Below are positions 1 to 9,142 of a DNA stretch of 64,000 bases, in pieces. The notes under the pieces were generated by a model. The model saw only the letters and a program-made list of their open reading frames with translations. It was not told the origin of the DNA and did not search any database. Numbering within the stretch: the first letter of the stretch is position 1; each line of letters begins with the position of its first letter. This DNA comes from a virus (Duplodnaviria > Caudoviricetes), in IMG/VR virus record IMGVR_UViG_3300031998_000056, positions 9,919-73,918 of that record; one strand, written 5' to 3'. Both the position numbers and the translations under genes were made by a program.

Positions 1-85
1 CAACAAACTTGGGAAATCCACGCTTGGGATAGCGGAGCTGGCCGATGAAGCGGTTGTCGAGCATGATGTCTAATAGGATACTCAT
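1..85 (-). CDS. hypothetical phage protein, truncated by window edge
   Basis: ATG at 85 overlaps the NinG stop (ATGA); reads MSILLDIMLDNRFIGQLRYPK... to the window edge. Confidence 0.6.
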   Translation of the reverse strand, partial: MSILLDIMLDNRFIGQLRYPKRGFPKFV

Positions 86-522
86 CGTATTTGGTATTTG
101 AATTTCTTCGTTTCTGCTCTGTAGTGCTTGGCTATAAACTCAAGGTCGGATGCTGAGAGCTTGTTGGGCGTATGCTTTAAAGCCTCAAGTAGTTCTACAC
201 GCTGTTGCCCTATCTTCTCTATCAGTCCTTTCCTGTAACCCGAAGTGTTCCCTTCGTCAAAACGATTACAGGAGATACATTGTGCGTTACAATTAAGTTC
301 TGAATAGCGTAGTGACATGTGCTGCCTGTTAACGTAATGACCGCAGTCGGCTTTCTCTATCGGTAAGACCTTACCACAGGAGATACACCGAAAGGCTCGT
401 CCTTCGTATTGCTGCGCATCGCGTGTACGTATAAATAATGAGAACGCTTCGTCTGCCTTTCTCATGGAGGAGGCCCTTGACGGGTTCTTGGATTTACTTA
501 TTGTCTTTTTCTTCTTCCACAT
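82..522 (-). CDS. ninG: NinG/Rap-like recombination endonuclease
   Basis: CISCG...DCGHY...NCNAQCISCN pattern typical of NinG-family HNH-like nucleases. Confidence 0.85.
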   Translation of the reverse strand: MWKKKKTISKSKNPSRASSMRKADEAFSLFIRTRDAQQYEGRAFRCISCGKVLPIEKADCGHYVNRQHMSLRYSELNCNAQCISCNRFDEGNTSGYRKGLIEKIGQQRVELLEALKHTPNKLSASDLEFIAKHYRAETKKFKYQIR

Positions 523-1270
523 CTGTTGCGATATTAAATAAGTGTCGTTCTGCTTCTTTCGCGTACTTGCTCATCATAGGGTTTAACCTCAAAGCTTCGC
601 CAGCAGAATCATTTAAGAAGTCGTGATTAGTAAAGCGGTTGATGATAATCTTCATGGCCAGCTCACATTGTGGGTCGGTGTTGAGGTTTATATCAACCTC
701 GCGTTTACCTGTGTATTCCATGAACTTGGAAATGTACGCCCAGGCACGTTGTGCTTTTATCAGTCGGGCATGACGAAAGTCGCAGTCTATCTTCCATAGG
801 GTTTGCTTTTGGAACGCACCTACAAGATGGTCGTAAGAACTTACAGCGGTTTGGATCAACGCATCTGCTGTGAATACATCTGCACGAAGTCCGCTTCGGT
901 CGATATTATTCTTATCCAAAACACTCTTGATAGAATACTTTAGTTTCAGCACATCGGGTTCGATGGAATCCGCAGCGAGGCGTGTCATGTCTTGCCAAAG
1001 GTAGTTTCTATCTCCCAGCATACGGCAATGCTTCTTCTTGTAATGTGAGAAGTCCTCATATACCTTATTGATGTACATCTTAATGGCAAAGTTGTTCAGC
1101 CCTGCCTCGATGATGGCATCTACGGCTGTGTCGATGGCATTTTCCGCTATCTGATTGATTGTGCCGATAGTGACAGAGAAAGTCTTTCCAAGCCCTTCGA
1201 TAAGGTGGTCGGCATAGTCGCCCGATAGCTGGGGTAGGAGATTAGTTGTCAAAGATTTCTTCTGGTTCAT
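494..1270 (-). CDS. hypothetical protein
   Basis: 258-aa ORF tightly coupled to neighbours in the leftward operon. Confidence 0.75.
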   Translation of the reverse strand: MNQKKSLTTNLLPQLSGDYADHLIEGLGKTFSVTIGTINQIAENAIDTAVDAIIEAGLNNFAIKMYINKVYEDFSHYKKKHCRMLGDRNYLWQDMTRLAADSIEPDVLKLKYSIKSVLDKNNIDRSGLRADVFTADALIQTAVSSYDHLVGAFQKQTLWKIDCDFRHARLIKAQRAWAYISKFMEYTGKREVDINLNTDPQCELAMKIIINRFTNHDFLNDSAGEALRLNPMMSKYAKEAERHLFNIATDVEEEKDNK

Positions 1271-1433
1271 GGTCGCGCTTGAAGTAGGAACGTAATTTGA
1301 AATTTATCATGTGAATCCGCCTCATGATACTCTCCACTTGGTGTACGGAGGCATGTTGGATGATAGAATCAAGGTGCGCTCTCAGTTCATCGCGCCGTTG
1401 CTCGAGACGTCTACGGGTGGGTAGTATTATCAT
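1242..1433 (-). CDS. small hypothetical protein
   Basis: 63-aa ORF in operon orientation. Confidence 0.6.
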   Translation of the reverse strand: MIILPTRRRLEQRRDELRAHLDSIIQHASVHQVESIMRRIHMINFKLRSYFKRDHEPEEIFDN

Positions 1434-1612
1434 AGCGTTTTTAATTTAGTCCGGCCTCTGCATTTATTTTACATATCGGAATTCCGATGTTTAAAATCAA
1501 CACGGCTTGGCGACGTGCTTTGGCTGCATTACGGATAGGGGCGGCAAGCGTTACCTTGCTCTCTCATAAATGATAGTGCCATACACACCCCCAATTGGTC
1601 TCGCTTTGTTTC

Positions 1613-1628
1613 AAGTTGTCAAAGAACG
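1613..1628 (-). promoter_or_regulatory. boxA-like antitermination element
   Basis: Minus strand CGTTCTTTGACAACTT resembles rrn/lambda boxA (TGCTCTTTAACAA); a second copy GATTCTTTGACAG lies at about 13282-13294. Confidence 0.55.
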
Positions 1629-1635
1629 ATTGTTG

Positions 1636-1713
1636 TGGACGCAAGGGGATTCGAACCCCTTCTTTTCATCTTGTAACATGCCCTTTTCCCTGCTGGCGGC
1701 GTGACCTGCGTCC
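1636..1713 (-). other. tRNA-like element (acceptor stem + T-arm only)
   Basis: GGACGCA/TGCGTCC 7-bp stem, AGGGG-TTCGAAT-CCCCT T-arm, then A; no convincing D or anticodon arm. Confidence 0.6.
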
Positions 1714-1892
1714 TCTCTAAAACCAGCGGCCTGTCACAGGAGGCTGGTGGATTCCAAATTTAAGATTGTTTTCCTGTCTACTTTCACAAGCAGATTAAAA
1801 AGATAATGAGTTTCCCCACGCTTGGGGCGAATAGTAATTAACAATAACTAAATAACCTAAAACTACAAAACAGCGAATATATGATAGAAAAC

Positions 1893-2135
1893 CTAAGCAT
1901 TCAGATAATCTTCGAAGAGAGTGGATTCTAAAAAGAACACCCTTGCCTTCTTGCTGCCTCCCTTCCTGTGGGTGAGAGAGTTCTTGAGGTGGTACACTCT
2001 TGATGTACTTATCCCCAACCTGTCGGCTGCTTCTTTCGGGGTGAGCCAAACCTCATTCCTGTTCTTTATCATTGTTAAATGGTTTTGGAAAACCAGCGGC
2101 TTTCGCAAGAGGCTGGGAAAATGAATTACTAACAC
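1893..2135 (-). CDS. HTH DNA-binding protein (excisionase-like); likely start at MIKNRNE
   Basis: WLTPKEAADRLGISTSRVY is a MerR/Xis-type HTH signature. Confidence 0.75.
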   Translation of the reverse strand: MLVIHFPSLLRKPLVFQNHLTMIKNRNEVWLTPKEAADRLGISTSRVYHLKNSLTHRKGGSKKARVFFLESTLFEDYLNA

Positions 2136-2269
2136 AAAAACAATAAAATTGTAAATTTCACAAATACTAAAAAATGAACATGAGAACCGCCTCTCGGCGT
2201 GGCCACTCGCCTGTGACCGAAAAATCCGTCAATTGAAAATGAATTACACATATAGACATTAAGAGAGTA

Positions 2270-2386
2270 TTACGTTGCTCCAAATAACCAGCCCACGAAT
2301 CCTAACAGGAGTATGTAGGCGACAGGGTAGACAATGCCGTACTTGACAATCTCCCTACGTGTGATGGGTTTATAGTTGTTTGTCAT
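2270..2386 (-). CDS. small membrane protein (38 aa)
   Basis: MTNNYKPITRREIVKYGIVYPVAYILLLGFVGWLFGAT; ATG immediately after KilA-N stop. Confidence 0.55.
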   Translation of the reverse strand: MTNNYKPITRREIVKYGIVYPVAYILLLGFVGWLFGAT

Positions 2387-2387
2387 A

Positions 2388-3062
2388 TCAGTTAAAGACT
2401 TTAGGGTTATACTTGTTGTTGTAACGCTTGCGGAGGAAGCGGATGACATCATCGTAAGTGCGGATAAGACCATCGTTGATGTTCTCGGCCACCCTGCGCT
2501 CAAGTTCGAACAGCTCTCTCATGGATTCCTCGCTGCCGTTCTTGTTACGCAACATCTTTTCGTGCTGATTGAACACCACCCAATTCAAAGCCTCGCCTAT
2601 CTTTCTCATGGCCTGTGGCATAAAAGTCGAAGATACGATGGTGTTCACAGAAGAAGAGAGTTCCTTGTAGGCATCGCCAGCATCGTTGCGGTACTTAATC
2701 ATCTGGTCGTAGACGAACTTGATGACCTTGACCTTAAATGCTGGGTTGAGCCACATGGCAAAGTCGATGAACATAATCGGGTGCATCCAAGTACCGCCTC
2801 CTCTGTCTGCTCTGGCCTTGGATTTTACATATACGGAATTCCGACATGTAAAACCTTCCTCTGCCATAAGAGCGTTCATAAACTCCTCTGTAGCAGAGTT
2901 TTCAAAGTAATGAGCTATTGTTTTCTGTTTTACATCCCCAGAATTTTGGGTTTGTAGATTCCACTGCTTTAGAAGGTCGGTCGCATTAAAGAAACCATCC
3001 TTCGTGCGCTGCTCTACGTGGAAGTGGCCCATCGGGCGCGTCATGATTTGGTTAGTTTTCAT
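2388..3062 (-). CDS. KilA-N domain protein (antirepressor-like)
   Basis: QRTKDGFFNATDLLKQWN...GGTWMHP...FAMWLNP KilA-N motifs. Confidence 0.85.
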   Translation of the reverse strand: MKTNQIMTRPMGHFHVEQRTKDGFFNATDLLKQWNLQTQNSGDVKQKTIAHYFENSATEEFMNALMAEEGFTCRNSVYVKSKARADRGGGTWMHPIMFIDFAMWLNPAFKVKVIKFVYDQMIKYRNDAGDAYKELSSSVNTIVSSTFMPQAMRKIGEALNWVVFNQHEKMLRNKNGSEESMRELFELERRVAENINDGLIRTYDDVIRFLRKRYNNKYNPKVFN

Positions 3063-3068
3063 AGTTGT

Positions 3069-3275
3069 TCACTTTGAGATGGCTTGGATCGTTAGGATGC
3101 TCCCGTTAATGGAGGTTTGGTAATCTTCAACGTCAGCTGGCATGAGGTCTCGGCAAAACTTCTTCACATAAGACACTTGGCTCTGACCAGAACGCGCCTG
3201 CTTGGGTGTGTCGCAAGCGAAAGACTTGGCTTTCCCTGCTCTAATCTGCGTGATGTCGGTTACTGATACTTTCAT
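3069..3275 (-). CDS. small protein in Cro position
   Basis: First gene of the leftward operon, divergent from the repressor. Confidence 0.65.
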   Translation of the reverse strand: MKVSVTDITQIRAGKAKSFACDTPKQARSGQSQVSYVKKFCRDLMPADVEDYQTSINGSILTIQAISK

Positions 3276-3423
3276 TACGTTTGTTTATTTGAGTTAAACT
3301 TTCTAAACAAAAGAAGCAGGTTTGAAATAAATTGCCTATATTTGCAACGACCAAATTGAAATAAGTGCGTTTTAAATCGCACCTGCTCTTTATGTGCTTG
3401 CGTGTATGTACTGAAACACGCTA

Positions 3424-3455
3424 CAAAGGTAAGGCAAATGTATTGTATATGCAAA
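3424..3455 (-). promoter_or_regulatory. Bacteroidetes sigma-A promoter for the leftward early operon
   Basis: TTTG-N20-TACCTTTG on the minus strand. Confidence 0.7.
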
Positions 3456-3495
3456 CATTTTGTCATTTTTTTAGGTTTATTAAAAAATTTTTGTA

Positions 3496-4404
3496 ATGAT
3501 GAATAGGAAAGAACGTCTTAACGAGGCCGTCAATTACCTTAAATTTAAAGGAATTGTCAAGACACATGAAGACATCGCCAACAAAATGGGCGCATCAAGA
3601 CCTAATGTGTCGAGTGCGTTGTCAGGTAAGGAAGGTGTACTTACCGACAACTTTATTTCAAGATTCTGTGCTGCGTTCCCGGGCATCTCATACTCATGGT
3701 TACTCTTGGGTGTAGGAGATATGCTGTCGAACAAGGAGAAATCCGTAGACGACAGAATAAGGGATATATTGAAGATGGAATCCGTATCGCTCCAAACTTT
3801 ATCAGATAAGACAGGTAATGACTTTCAAGACCTTCAAAGCTGTCTTGATGACGACATGACACCATCCGATGAGGTTTTAGAGAAGTTCTCGTCTGCTCTT
3901 CACATCAACGAGGATTGGCTAAAGACAGGCGATGGAGAGATTTATGACAGCGACCAGCGCCTTGTAAACTCTGCTGCCTTGAAGAAGCACATGTCAATGC
4001 TCCCAACGAAGCCACGCTTGCCTAAATTCATGTCAGAGCCACACATCGAGCAATACTATGGCGGTGGAAAGAAGAGAATGCTTTGTCAAGAGAAGCCTGT
4101 AATCGCACAATTCTCTGACTACGACTTTTCTTTAATCATTAAGAACAACAGAATGTCGCCTAAATACGATAGAGGGGATGAGGTGTTTTTCAAGCTGGCT
4201 AAATTTCCCGAATGGGGTAATGATTTCCTGTTAGACACAGATGATGGGCCTAAACTGAAACGAATCTACCCAGCCAAAGATAAAGACGGAGATGACTGCG
4301 TTAGATGCGTGTCATATAACAAAGAGGAGTTCCCAGACTTCACAATCAAGGAGAAATACATTCATGGATATTACAGGGTGGTCGGAGTTTTGAGAATATT
4401 ATAA
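3496..4404 (+). CDS. CI-like repressor: two XRE HTH domains + S24-like C-terminus
   Basis: HEDIANKMGASRPNVSSAL and SLQTLSDKTG...INEDWLKTGDG HTH units; C-terminal RMSPKYDRGD...KLKRIY. Confidence 0.8.
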   Translation: MMNRKERLNEAVNYLKFKGIVKTHEDIANKMGASRPNVSSALSGKEGVLTDNFISRFCAAFPGISYSWLLLGVGDMLSNKEKSVDDRIRDILKMESVSLQTLSDKTGNDFQDLQSCLDDDMTPSDEVLEKFSSALHINEDWLKTGDGEIYDSDQRLVNSAALKKHMSMLPTKPRLPKFMSEPHIEQYYGGGKKRMLCQEKPVIAQFSDYDFSLIIKNNRMSPKYDRGDEVFFKLAKFPEWGNDFLLDTDDGPKLKRIYPAKDKDGDDCVRCVSYNKEEFPDFTIKEKYIHGYYRVVGVLRIL

Positions 4405-4408
4405 GGCT

Positions 4409-4615
4409 ATGGAAGAAGAGAAAGATAAAATCGGTATCAGAATACTAAAGTATGTGGGCATGTTTGTTGTCGCAGCCTTGATTATATGGGCTGGCAGACA
4501 CATATTGTTCACATCGGTAGACGAGCAGAACGAGTTGGCGAATCAACCAGCATGGATGCAACACCTTCCTGATTGGGTTAGATTCATGATTTTGGATGTT
4601 CAGAGGTTATTTTAA
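4409..4615 (+). CDS. small membrane protein downstream of repressor
   Basis: One hydrophobic helix YVGMFVVAALIIWAG. Confidence 0.6.
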   Translation: MEEEKDKIGIRILKYVGMFVVAALIIWAGRHILFTSVDEQNELANQPAWMQHLPDWVRFMILDVQRLF

Positions 4616-4726
4616 CGCATCTTTGTCGAACAAATAGACCAAATCTTGCCAACTTTCGGGGTTTTTCTTCTTAATGAAGTCAAGTACCTTCTTAAAGTCT
4701 GTAACCTCAACTTGAATCTTACTCAT
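4607..4726 (-). CDS. 39-aa hypothetical protein (not in ORF track)
   Basis: MSKIQVEVTDFKKVLDFIKKKNPESWQDLVYLFDKDALK with an AT-rich upstream region. Confidence 0.45.
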   Translation of the reverse strand: MSKIQVEVTDFKKVLDFIKKKNPESWQDLVYLFDKDALK

Positions 4727-4749
4727 ACATTATTATATTATATATATTG

Positions 4750-5020
4750 TGTACAACCATATACTACTGGAAGAGCCTTCGGGTGAGTGCATAGTTCCTC
4801 CTTATAGCGGAGGAACATTGCTTGAGCATACTGACCGTTTTCGCCTTGGTATGATTCAGCAGCCTTGCGTCAGTCCAACAACGTGTCGGCTATCGGGTAT
4901 TTCAGAGTTGGCTCTGCTTCGCTGGCATCCCGAATTGTTCCTGCCATTGCCCATGTGCGTTACCCCCTTGGGCTGACTTTGAGTGCGGGGTGGTCGGTGT
5001 GCGTCTCTTACTCAAACGTG
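4750..5020 (-). ncRNA. candidate structured RNA or long leader
   Basis: Downstream of TATCTTTG box (5023-5030); several stems, e.g. GTTCCTCC/GGAGGAAC, CAGAG/CTCTG, TTTGAGT/ACTCAAA. Confidence 0.4.
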
Positions 5021-5119
5021 TGCAAAGATAATACAAAACAAAATAAAGTGCAATAGCCGTTAAGTTTCATTAAAACAGGAAAGGAGAGGATATGTAAAGA
5101 AAACGAAAAAATGGGGCTG

Positions 5120-5440
5120 TGTTACCATTTTGTTACCAGCCATGCAAATCGAACCTAATGAGAGAATACTAACGAACTGAATTACACCAAGATAATAGTG
5201 AAAAGGTTTTGATACCAACGGAATCACAAGGTGGTCAAAGAGAGGAGCAAATCTAAACTCCTCTCGACCACAACAAAAAATAGAATTTCGATTGAAATTC
5301 AGCAAGTTAGAACTTCTCTAATAAAAAAAATCCCTGTTGCTAAAGTTGGTTAAGTATAGCTATCATTTGCTATTATTTGCCAAATTTATGTTACCATTTT
5401 GTTACCACCTGCTTGTAAGTTTTGTTACCAATTTGTTAAA
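5120..5440. mobile_element. putative attP (arm-type repeats flanking a tRNA-3'-like core)
   Basis: TGTTACCATTTTGTTACCA at 5120-5138 and 5389-5407, further TTTGTTACCA at 5421-5430; core CCAACGGAATCAC at 5215-5227 followed by a hairpin at 5231-5271; directly upstream of the integrase. Confidence 0.7.
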
Positions 5441-5469
5441 GTAGTATAATTAAACATTTTTAAGTACCT

Positions 5470-6618
5470 ATGATACCGAAAGTTAGCTTCATTTTCGACA
5501 GGAAAGGAAAAGCAAGTAAAAATAGAGCGTCCGTAATCGAGTTATTGATATACTACGGAGGCCAGCGAAAGTACATATCCACAGGGGTTTCCGTACTCCC
5601 AAGTGAATGGAAGAACGGCTCTGTGGTGAGTAGGAAAGATTGGCGAGAGTTGAACGAGCAATTGCAAATCATGAAGCAGAAATGCTCGGACATCGTTTCT
5701 AACATGATGCGTGAGGGTAGCCTAAACATCAAGGCCATCCCCAGCTTGCTCAATGGGAGCATGGTACAGGAGAAAACATTCCTGGACTATGCAAAAGAGT
5801 TGGCTGAATTAAGATACAAGACGATTAGGAAAGGCACAAAGGCGCACTACAAAACCTTCTTCACGTTCATGGATGAGTGGAAAGGTATCGTGATGTTCGC
5901 TGATTGTACGGAGATGAACGTGCGTAGGTTCGATGACGAACTGACGGAAAGAGGTCTGATGGTGTCTACAAGGTGGAACTACCACAAGATTTTGAAGCAA
6001 TTCATACTCCAAGCGATAGATGATGGGTTGGTCAAACAGAATCCGTATTCCAGACTGAACATAAAGAGAGGGTCAGAAGATGGTTTAAAGCGGTTTCTGA
6101 CGCCTTCCGAGTTCAAGATGGTAGAGAAGTCCAAGATGCCATCAGAATGTCTTCAGAAGGTCAGAGATTTATTTGTATTTCAAACGTACACCTTGTTAAG
6201 TTATTCCGACTTGGCTCTGTTTGATTACAAACGCTGTGAGAAGATGGGGAAGGAGATAGTCTACAAGGCTAAAAGGGTAAAGACAGGACAGGAGTTTGTC
6301 GTAGTCCTATTAAAGCCAGCTTTGGAAATCTTAAAACGATACCAATACCGGCTACCAATCATTTCTAATGTTAAGTATAACTTGTATCTGAAAGCTGTGG
6401 CTCAACACGCAAAGGTAGACAAGCCATTGACCACACACTTCGCCAGACATACGGGAGCCACGCTGCTTCTAAATGAGGGAAAGCTACCCATGCACATAGT
6501 CCAGCACATACTTGGTCACGCATCTATTAGGGAAACCGAAAAGACCTACGCAAAAGTGATGGACGAAACGATAGTCGGTGCAATGGCAGGGTACAAAACA
6601 AAAAAGGGGAAGCATTAA
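5470..6618 (+). CDS. int: tyrosine integrase (Bacteroidetes type)
   Basis: N-terminal arm-binding region; RDLFVF...SYSDL, HFARH, LGH, TYAK catalytic motifs. Confidence 0.95.
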   Translation: MIPKVSFIFDRKGKASKNRASVIELLIYYGGQRKYISTGVSVLPSEWKNGSVVSRKDWRELNEQLQIMKQKCSDIVSNMMREGSLNIKAIPSLLNGSMVQEKTFLDYAKELAELRYKTIRKGTKAHYKTFFTFMDEWKGIVMFADCTEMNVRRFDDELTERGLMVSTRWNYHKILKQFILQAIDDGLVKQNPYSRLNIKRGSEDGLKRFLTPSEFKMVEKSKMPSECLQKVRDLFVFQTYTLLSYSDLALFDYKRCEKMGKEIVYKAKRVKTGQEFVVVLLKPALEILKRYQYRLPIISNVKYNLYLKAVAQHAKVDKPLTTHFARHTGATLLLNEGKLPMHIVQHILGHASIRETEKTYAKVMDETIVGAMAGYKTKKGKH

Positions 6619-6628
6619 GCCTCCCCTT
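6604..6628. terminator. bidirectional intrinsic terminator
   Basis: AAGGGGA...TCCCCTT stem between convergent units. Confidence 0.55.
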
Positions 6629-6764
6629 CTATATATCAAAACCCTTGACTATCTTCACAGACCGCCAAGGGGGAAAGAGGAGGAAAATTTATCAAAAACC
6701 TCCTCTTATCCGAATAGTCCGATAAGGAACATAATGATAAAGATGATTGTATAGATAAGTCGTT

Positions 6765-7969
6765 TCATACTGCAATCTTGATTTTGTTGGTTTTCTTACG
6801 TGATGTATAGTACTCTCTGATAATATCCATATCCCTCTTTACAAGGTCTACGATACGTTGGTGGTGCATGGTGAGTTGGTCATGTCTGCCAAAGGATTGT
6901 CTAATCGTGAACGAGGTCAAATCAACCTCTATGGTTTCTATCCTCTTGCCTCCAATGGTTGCCGACATAATCAGCGAGTAAGGCTTCTTGTAATACTCGT
7001 TGGTATAGACGCAATGTTTCATCTCCTCTGCCTCTGCTCTGAATGCTGCGACATCGGGTAGTACTCGGCACTCTATCAGTCCATCGGTTAGAACCATATC
7101 GTAAAAACGTTTCCTCCGCTTGATGTACGCATCGTTGGTGCGCTTCTCTTGCATCAGCTTCTTGTCGGTTGCGGACATCTTCAAGGCTATTGCTGCTGCC
7201 CTGCGCTCTTGCTCTTGCTTTCGTTCCCATCTGCGCACGAACAAATCGTGTGTGGATTGTAGGTCTTTCGGTGCGACATACACAGGGTTGCGGAAATCCG
7301 CATTTACACGAACCATTGCACGAACCATATCGAACCAAACGCTTGAATTTCCTTGTGTGAACGTGAACCCATGCCTCTTGGCAATAGTGATAGCCCTGCA
7401 TATTTGCTTGCTGTAAGTCTGATACATCAGATGAACGAACAATGGGCTGCGCTCTTTGTAAAGGTTCTCGGCTACGGGATTGTCCTTTATGATGCGGCCT
7501 AACTCCTTCGGGTCTATGCGGTCGCAAGGAACACGCTTTCCTCTGCTCTGCGGATGCTCTCCCCATGATATATCGAACAAGTCGGCAATACAATTGCCAG
7601 CATAGTTGCGATAGTTCTGTCTTAACTCCATATCAGAGCCATAGAGAAAGCAATCGAAATAACACCCCATCGTCTTTTGCTTGCCGAAATAGAGCGCGTT
7701 GCATCCATCCTCTGAAAACTCTCGCATTATCTCCACGAAGAAATAGTGTTCGTAGTGCTTATCGGGGAACTTATAGCCACGATACAGGCGTTTCACTTGG
7801 AACTCTGCCACTTGAGTAGTGAGCGTGAAATAGAACGTTGTGTTCTTTCCGTATTCGTGGTGTCCGTAGTCCTGTTTCTTACCCATTCAATATCACGAAG
7901 GGCAATATCTTCTTTGAGGGTAGCGTTCAGTTCCGCCACCCTCTGTTCGTACTTGTTTCTCGGTTTCAT
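6765..7969 (-). CDS. PcfJ-like protein, apparently split by a frameshift near 7800-7885
   Basis: C-terminal EAEEMKHCV...RIETIEVDL...RQSFG PcfJ motif in 6765..7886; expected N-terminus MKPRNKYEQRVAELN starts at 7969 in another frame. Confidence 0.7.
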
Positions 7970-8097
7970 AATTCTTTCTCTTTAAAATCTTCATCACAAT
8001 GGTCTGTTGTACGGATAACGTCATGATAAAGTCTACAACTTGAATACGTATATCCGTCTTTTTGCCAATACTGGCAATTCTTACACATCTTTTCCAT
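7966..8097 (-). CDS. 43-aa Cys-containing protein (not in ORF track)
   Basis: MEKMCKNCQYW...CRLYH...HCDE; overlaps neighbours by start/stop coupling. Confidence 0.55.
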   Translation of the reverse strand: MEKMCKNCQYWQKDGYTYSSCRLYHDVIRTTDHCDEDFKEKEL

Positions 8098-8098
8098 A

Positions 8099-8461
8099 TT
8101 AGAATCCTCCAAATAAATCAAGTTCAACGCATTTGTTCTTGTTCTTCCTGTCTTTCACAATAGCCTTGATGGGCTTTATATCGGCCTTTGGTGTTTCCGC
8201 CTTTGGTGTAACGACCTTGACCTTCTCCTTTACAGGGTTGGCCTTTACCTTGTCCTCCATGTAGTAGTGTACAGCCCAGCCATACACTACCGCATCCTCG
8301 ATTGCAGCACAATTACCACTCTTTTCCTTTTGAGCCTGTGAAATGATGTACTTAACGCAATCGTCAATGTTCTTTGTCTTTAACTTGTATCGCTCTGCGA
8401 AAGCAAAGTCCTGTGAAGCCATCTTGTCGAGATGGGCTTTGATGATGTCCTTGAAATCCAT
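8099..8461 (-). CDS. PcfK-like / AcrIIA9-family protein
   Basis: IKAHLDKMASQD..FAERY...KNIDDCVKYI...VYGWAVHYYMED pattern; adjacent to PcfJ. Confidence 0.75.
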   Translation of the reverse strand: MDFKDIIKAHLDKMASQDFAFAERYKLKTKNIDDCVKYIISQAQKEKSGNCAAIEDAVVYGWAVHYYMEDKVKANPVKEKVKVVTPKAETPKADIKPIKAIVKDRKNKNKCVELDLFGGF

Positions 8462-8465
8462 AATC

Positions 8466-8732
8466 TTATAAGTTAATGTATTTGTCGAAATGTAGGTTTG
8501 TTTTCTCTCCGCTCATCCGTTTCAGTACATCAAGTACCATTTTCTCGATTGTATCTTCCTCATCAGAGTTGGTTTCTTCCTTTCCATGTGCTGAAAGAAC
8601 GAGCGTGGCCATAGTAAACGCATCAATGATGGTCAATATGGATTCGACAGGGGCTTTGTCGAAAGGTTCTAAAAGTTGCTTGCAAATCTTTGCAGATGCT
8701 TCCCTGTCTAACTTAATCGTAATCTGTTCCAT
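8466..8732 (-). CDS. hypothetical protein
   Basis: 88-aa ORF coupled in operon. Confidence 0.6.
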   Translation of the reverse strand: MEQITIKLDREASAKICKQLLEPFDKAPVESILTIIDAFTMATLVLSAHGKEETNSDEEDTIEKMVLDVLKRMSGEKTNLHFDKYINL

Positions 8733-8734
8733 GA

Positions 8735-9064
8735 TTAAAAGTCTTGAAATAGTTTGAACTCTTTTGAATAAAACGTAGCTGTGAGCATAGTGTTGTCATC
8801 ATTGATGTCGCACTTGACCATGATAGAGTTGGTCTTGTTGTAGTGGTTGCGCTCAAGGAAACCCATAAGCATCGCAATAGGGCCATTGAACGGAAGGGCG
8901 AAGAGAATCTGATTCCCGTCTACCTTTGCAGCCAGCATCTGACCTTGAAAGAATCCCATCTTGGCGGTGTCTGTGCCGTAACTCTTACCGCCATCGAAAA
9001 TCTTCTTGAAAACATGGGTGACTTCATCCATGTTCTCTACGGGTTGAAATTGTGAATAATCCAT
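8735..9064 (-). CDS. hypothetical protein
   Basis: 109-aa ORF preceded by the AAATTTATC-N-ATT-ATG motif. Confidence 0.7.
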   Translation of the reverse strand: MDYSQFQPVENMDEVTHVFKKIFDGGKSYGTDTAKMGFFQGQMLAAKVDGNQILFALPFNGPIAMLMGFLERNHYNKTNSIMVKCDINDDNTMLTATFYSKEFKLFQDF

Positions 9065-9099
9065 AATTTGATAAATTTTAATGAAACAATAAATACTTG

Positions 9100-9142
9100 T
9101 ACCCTGCCTGTGAATCGAACACAGGCAAGCACCATGCAGGGT
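9100..9142 (-). other. tRNA-like minihelix
   Basis: ACCCTGC/GCAGGGT 7-bp stem stacked on CTGTG-TTCGATT-CACAG, then A. Confidence 0.65.

Noticed and set aside
1636-1713. Functional tRNA gene
   Set aside because: Acceptor stem and T-arm are present but there is no proper D-arm or 5-bp anticodon stem; kept only as a tRNA-like element
5120-5440. CRISPR mini-array (TGTTACCATTTTGTTACCA repeats)
   Set aside because: Only two full copies 269 bp apart plus partial copies, no regular spacers and no cas genes; better explained as integrase arm sites
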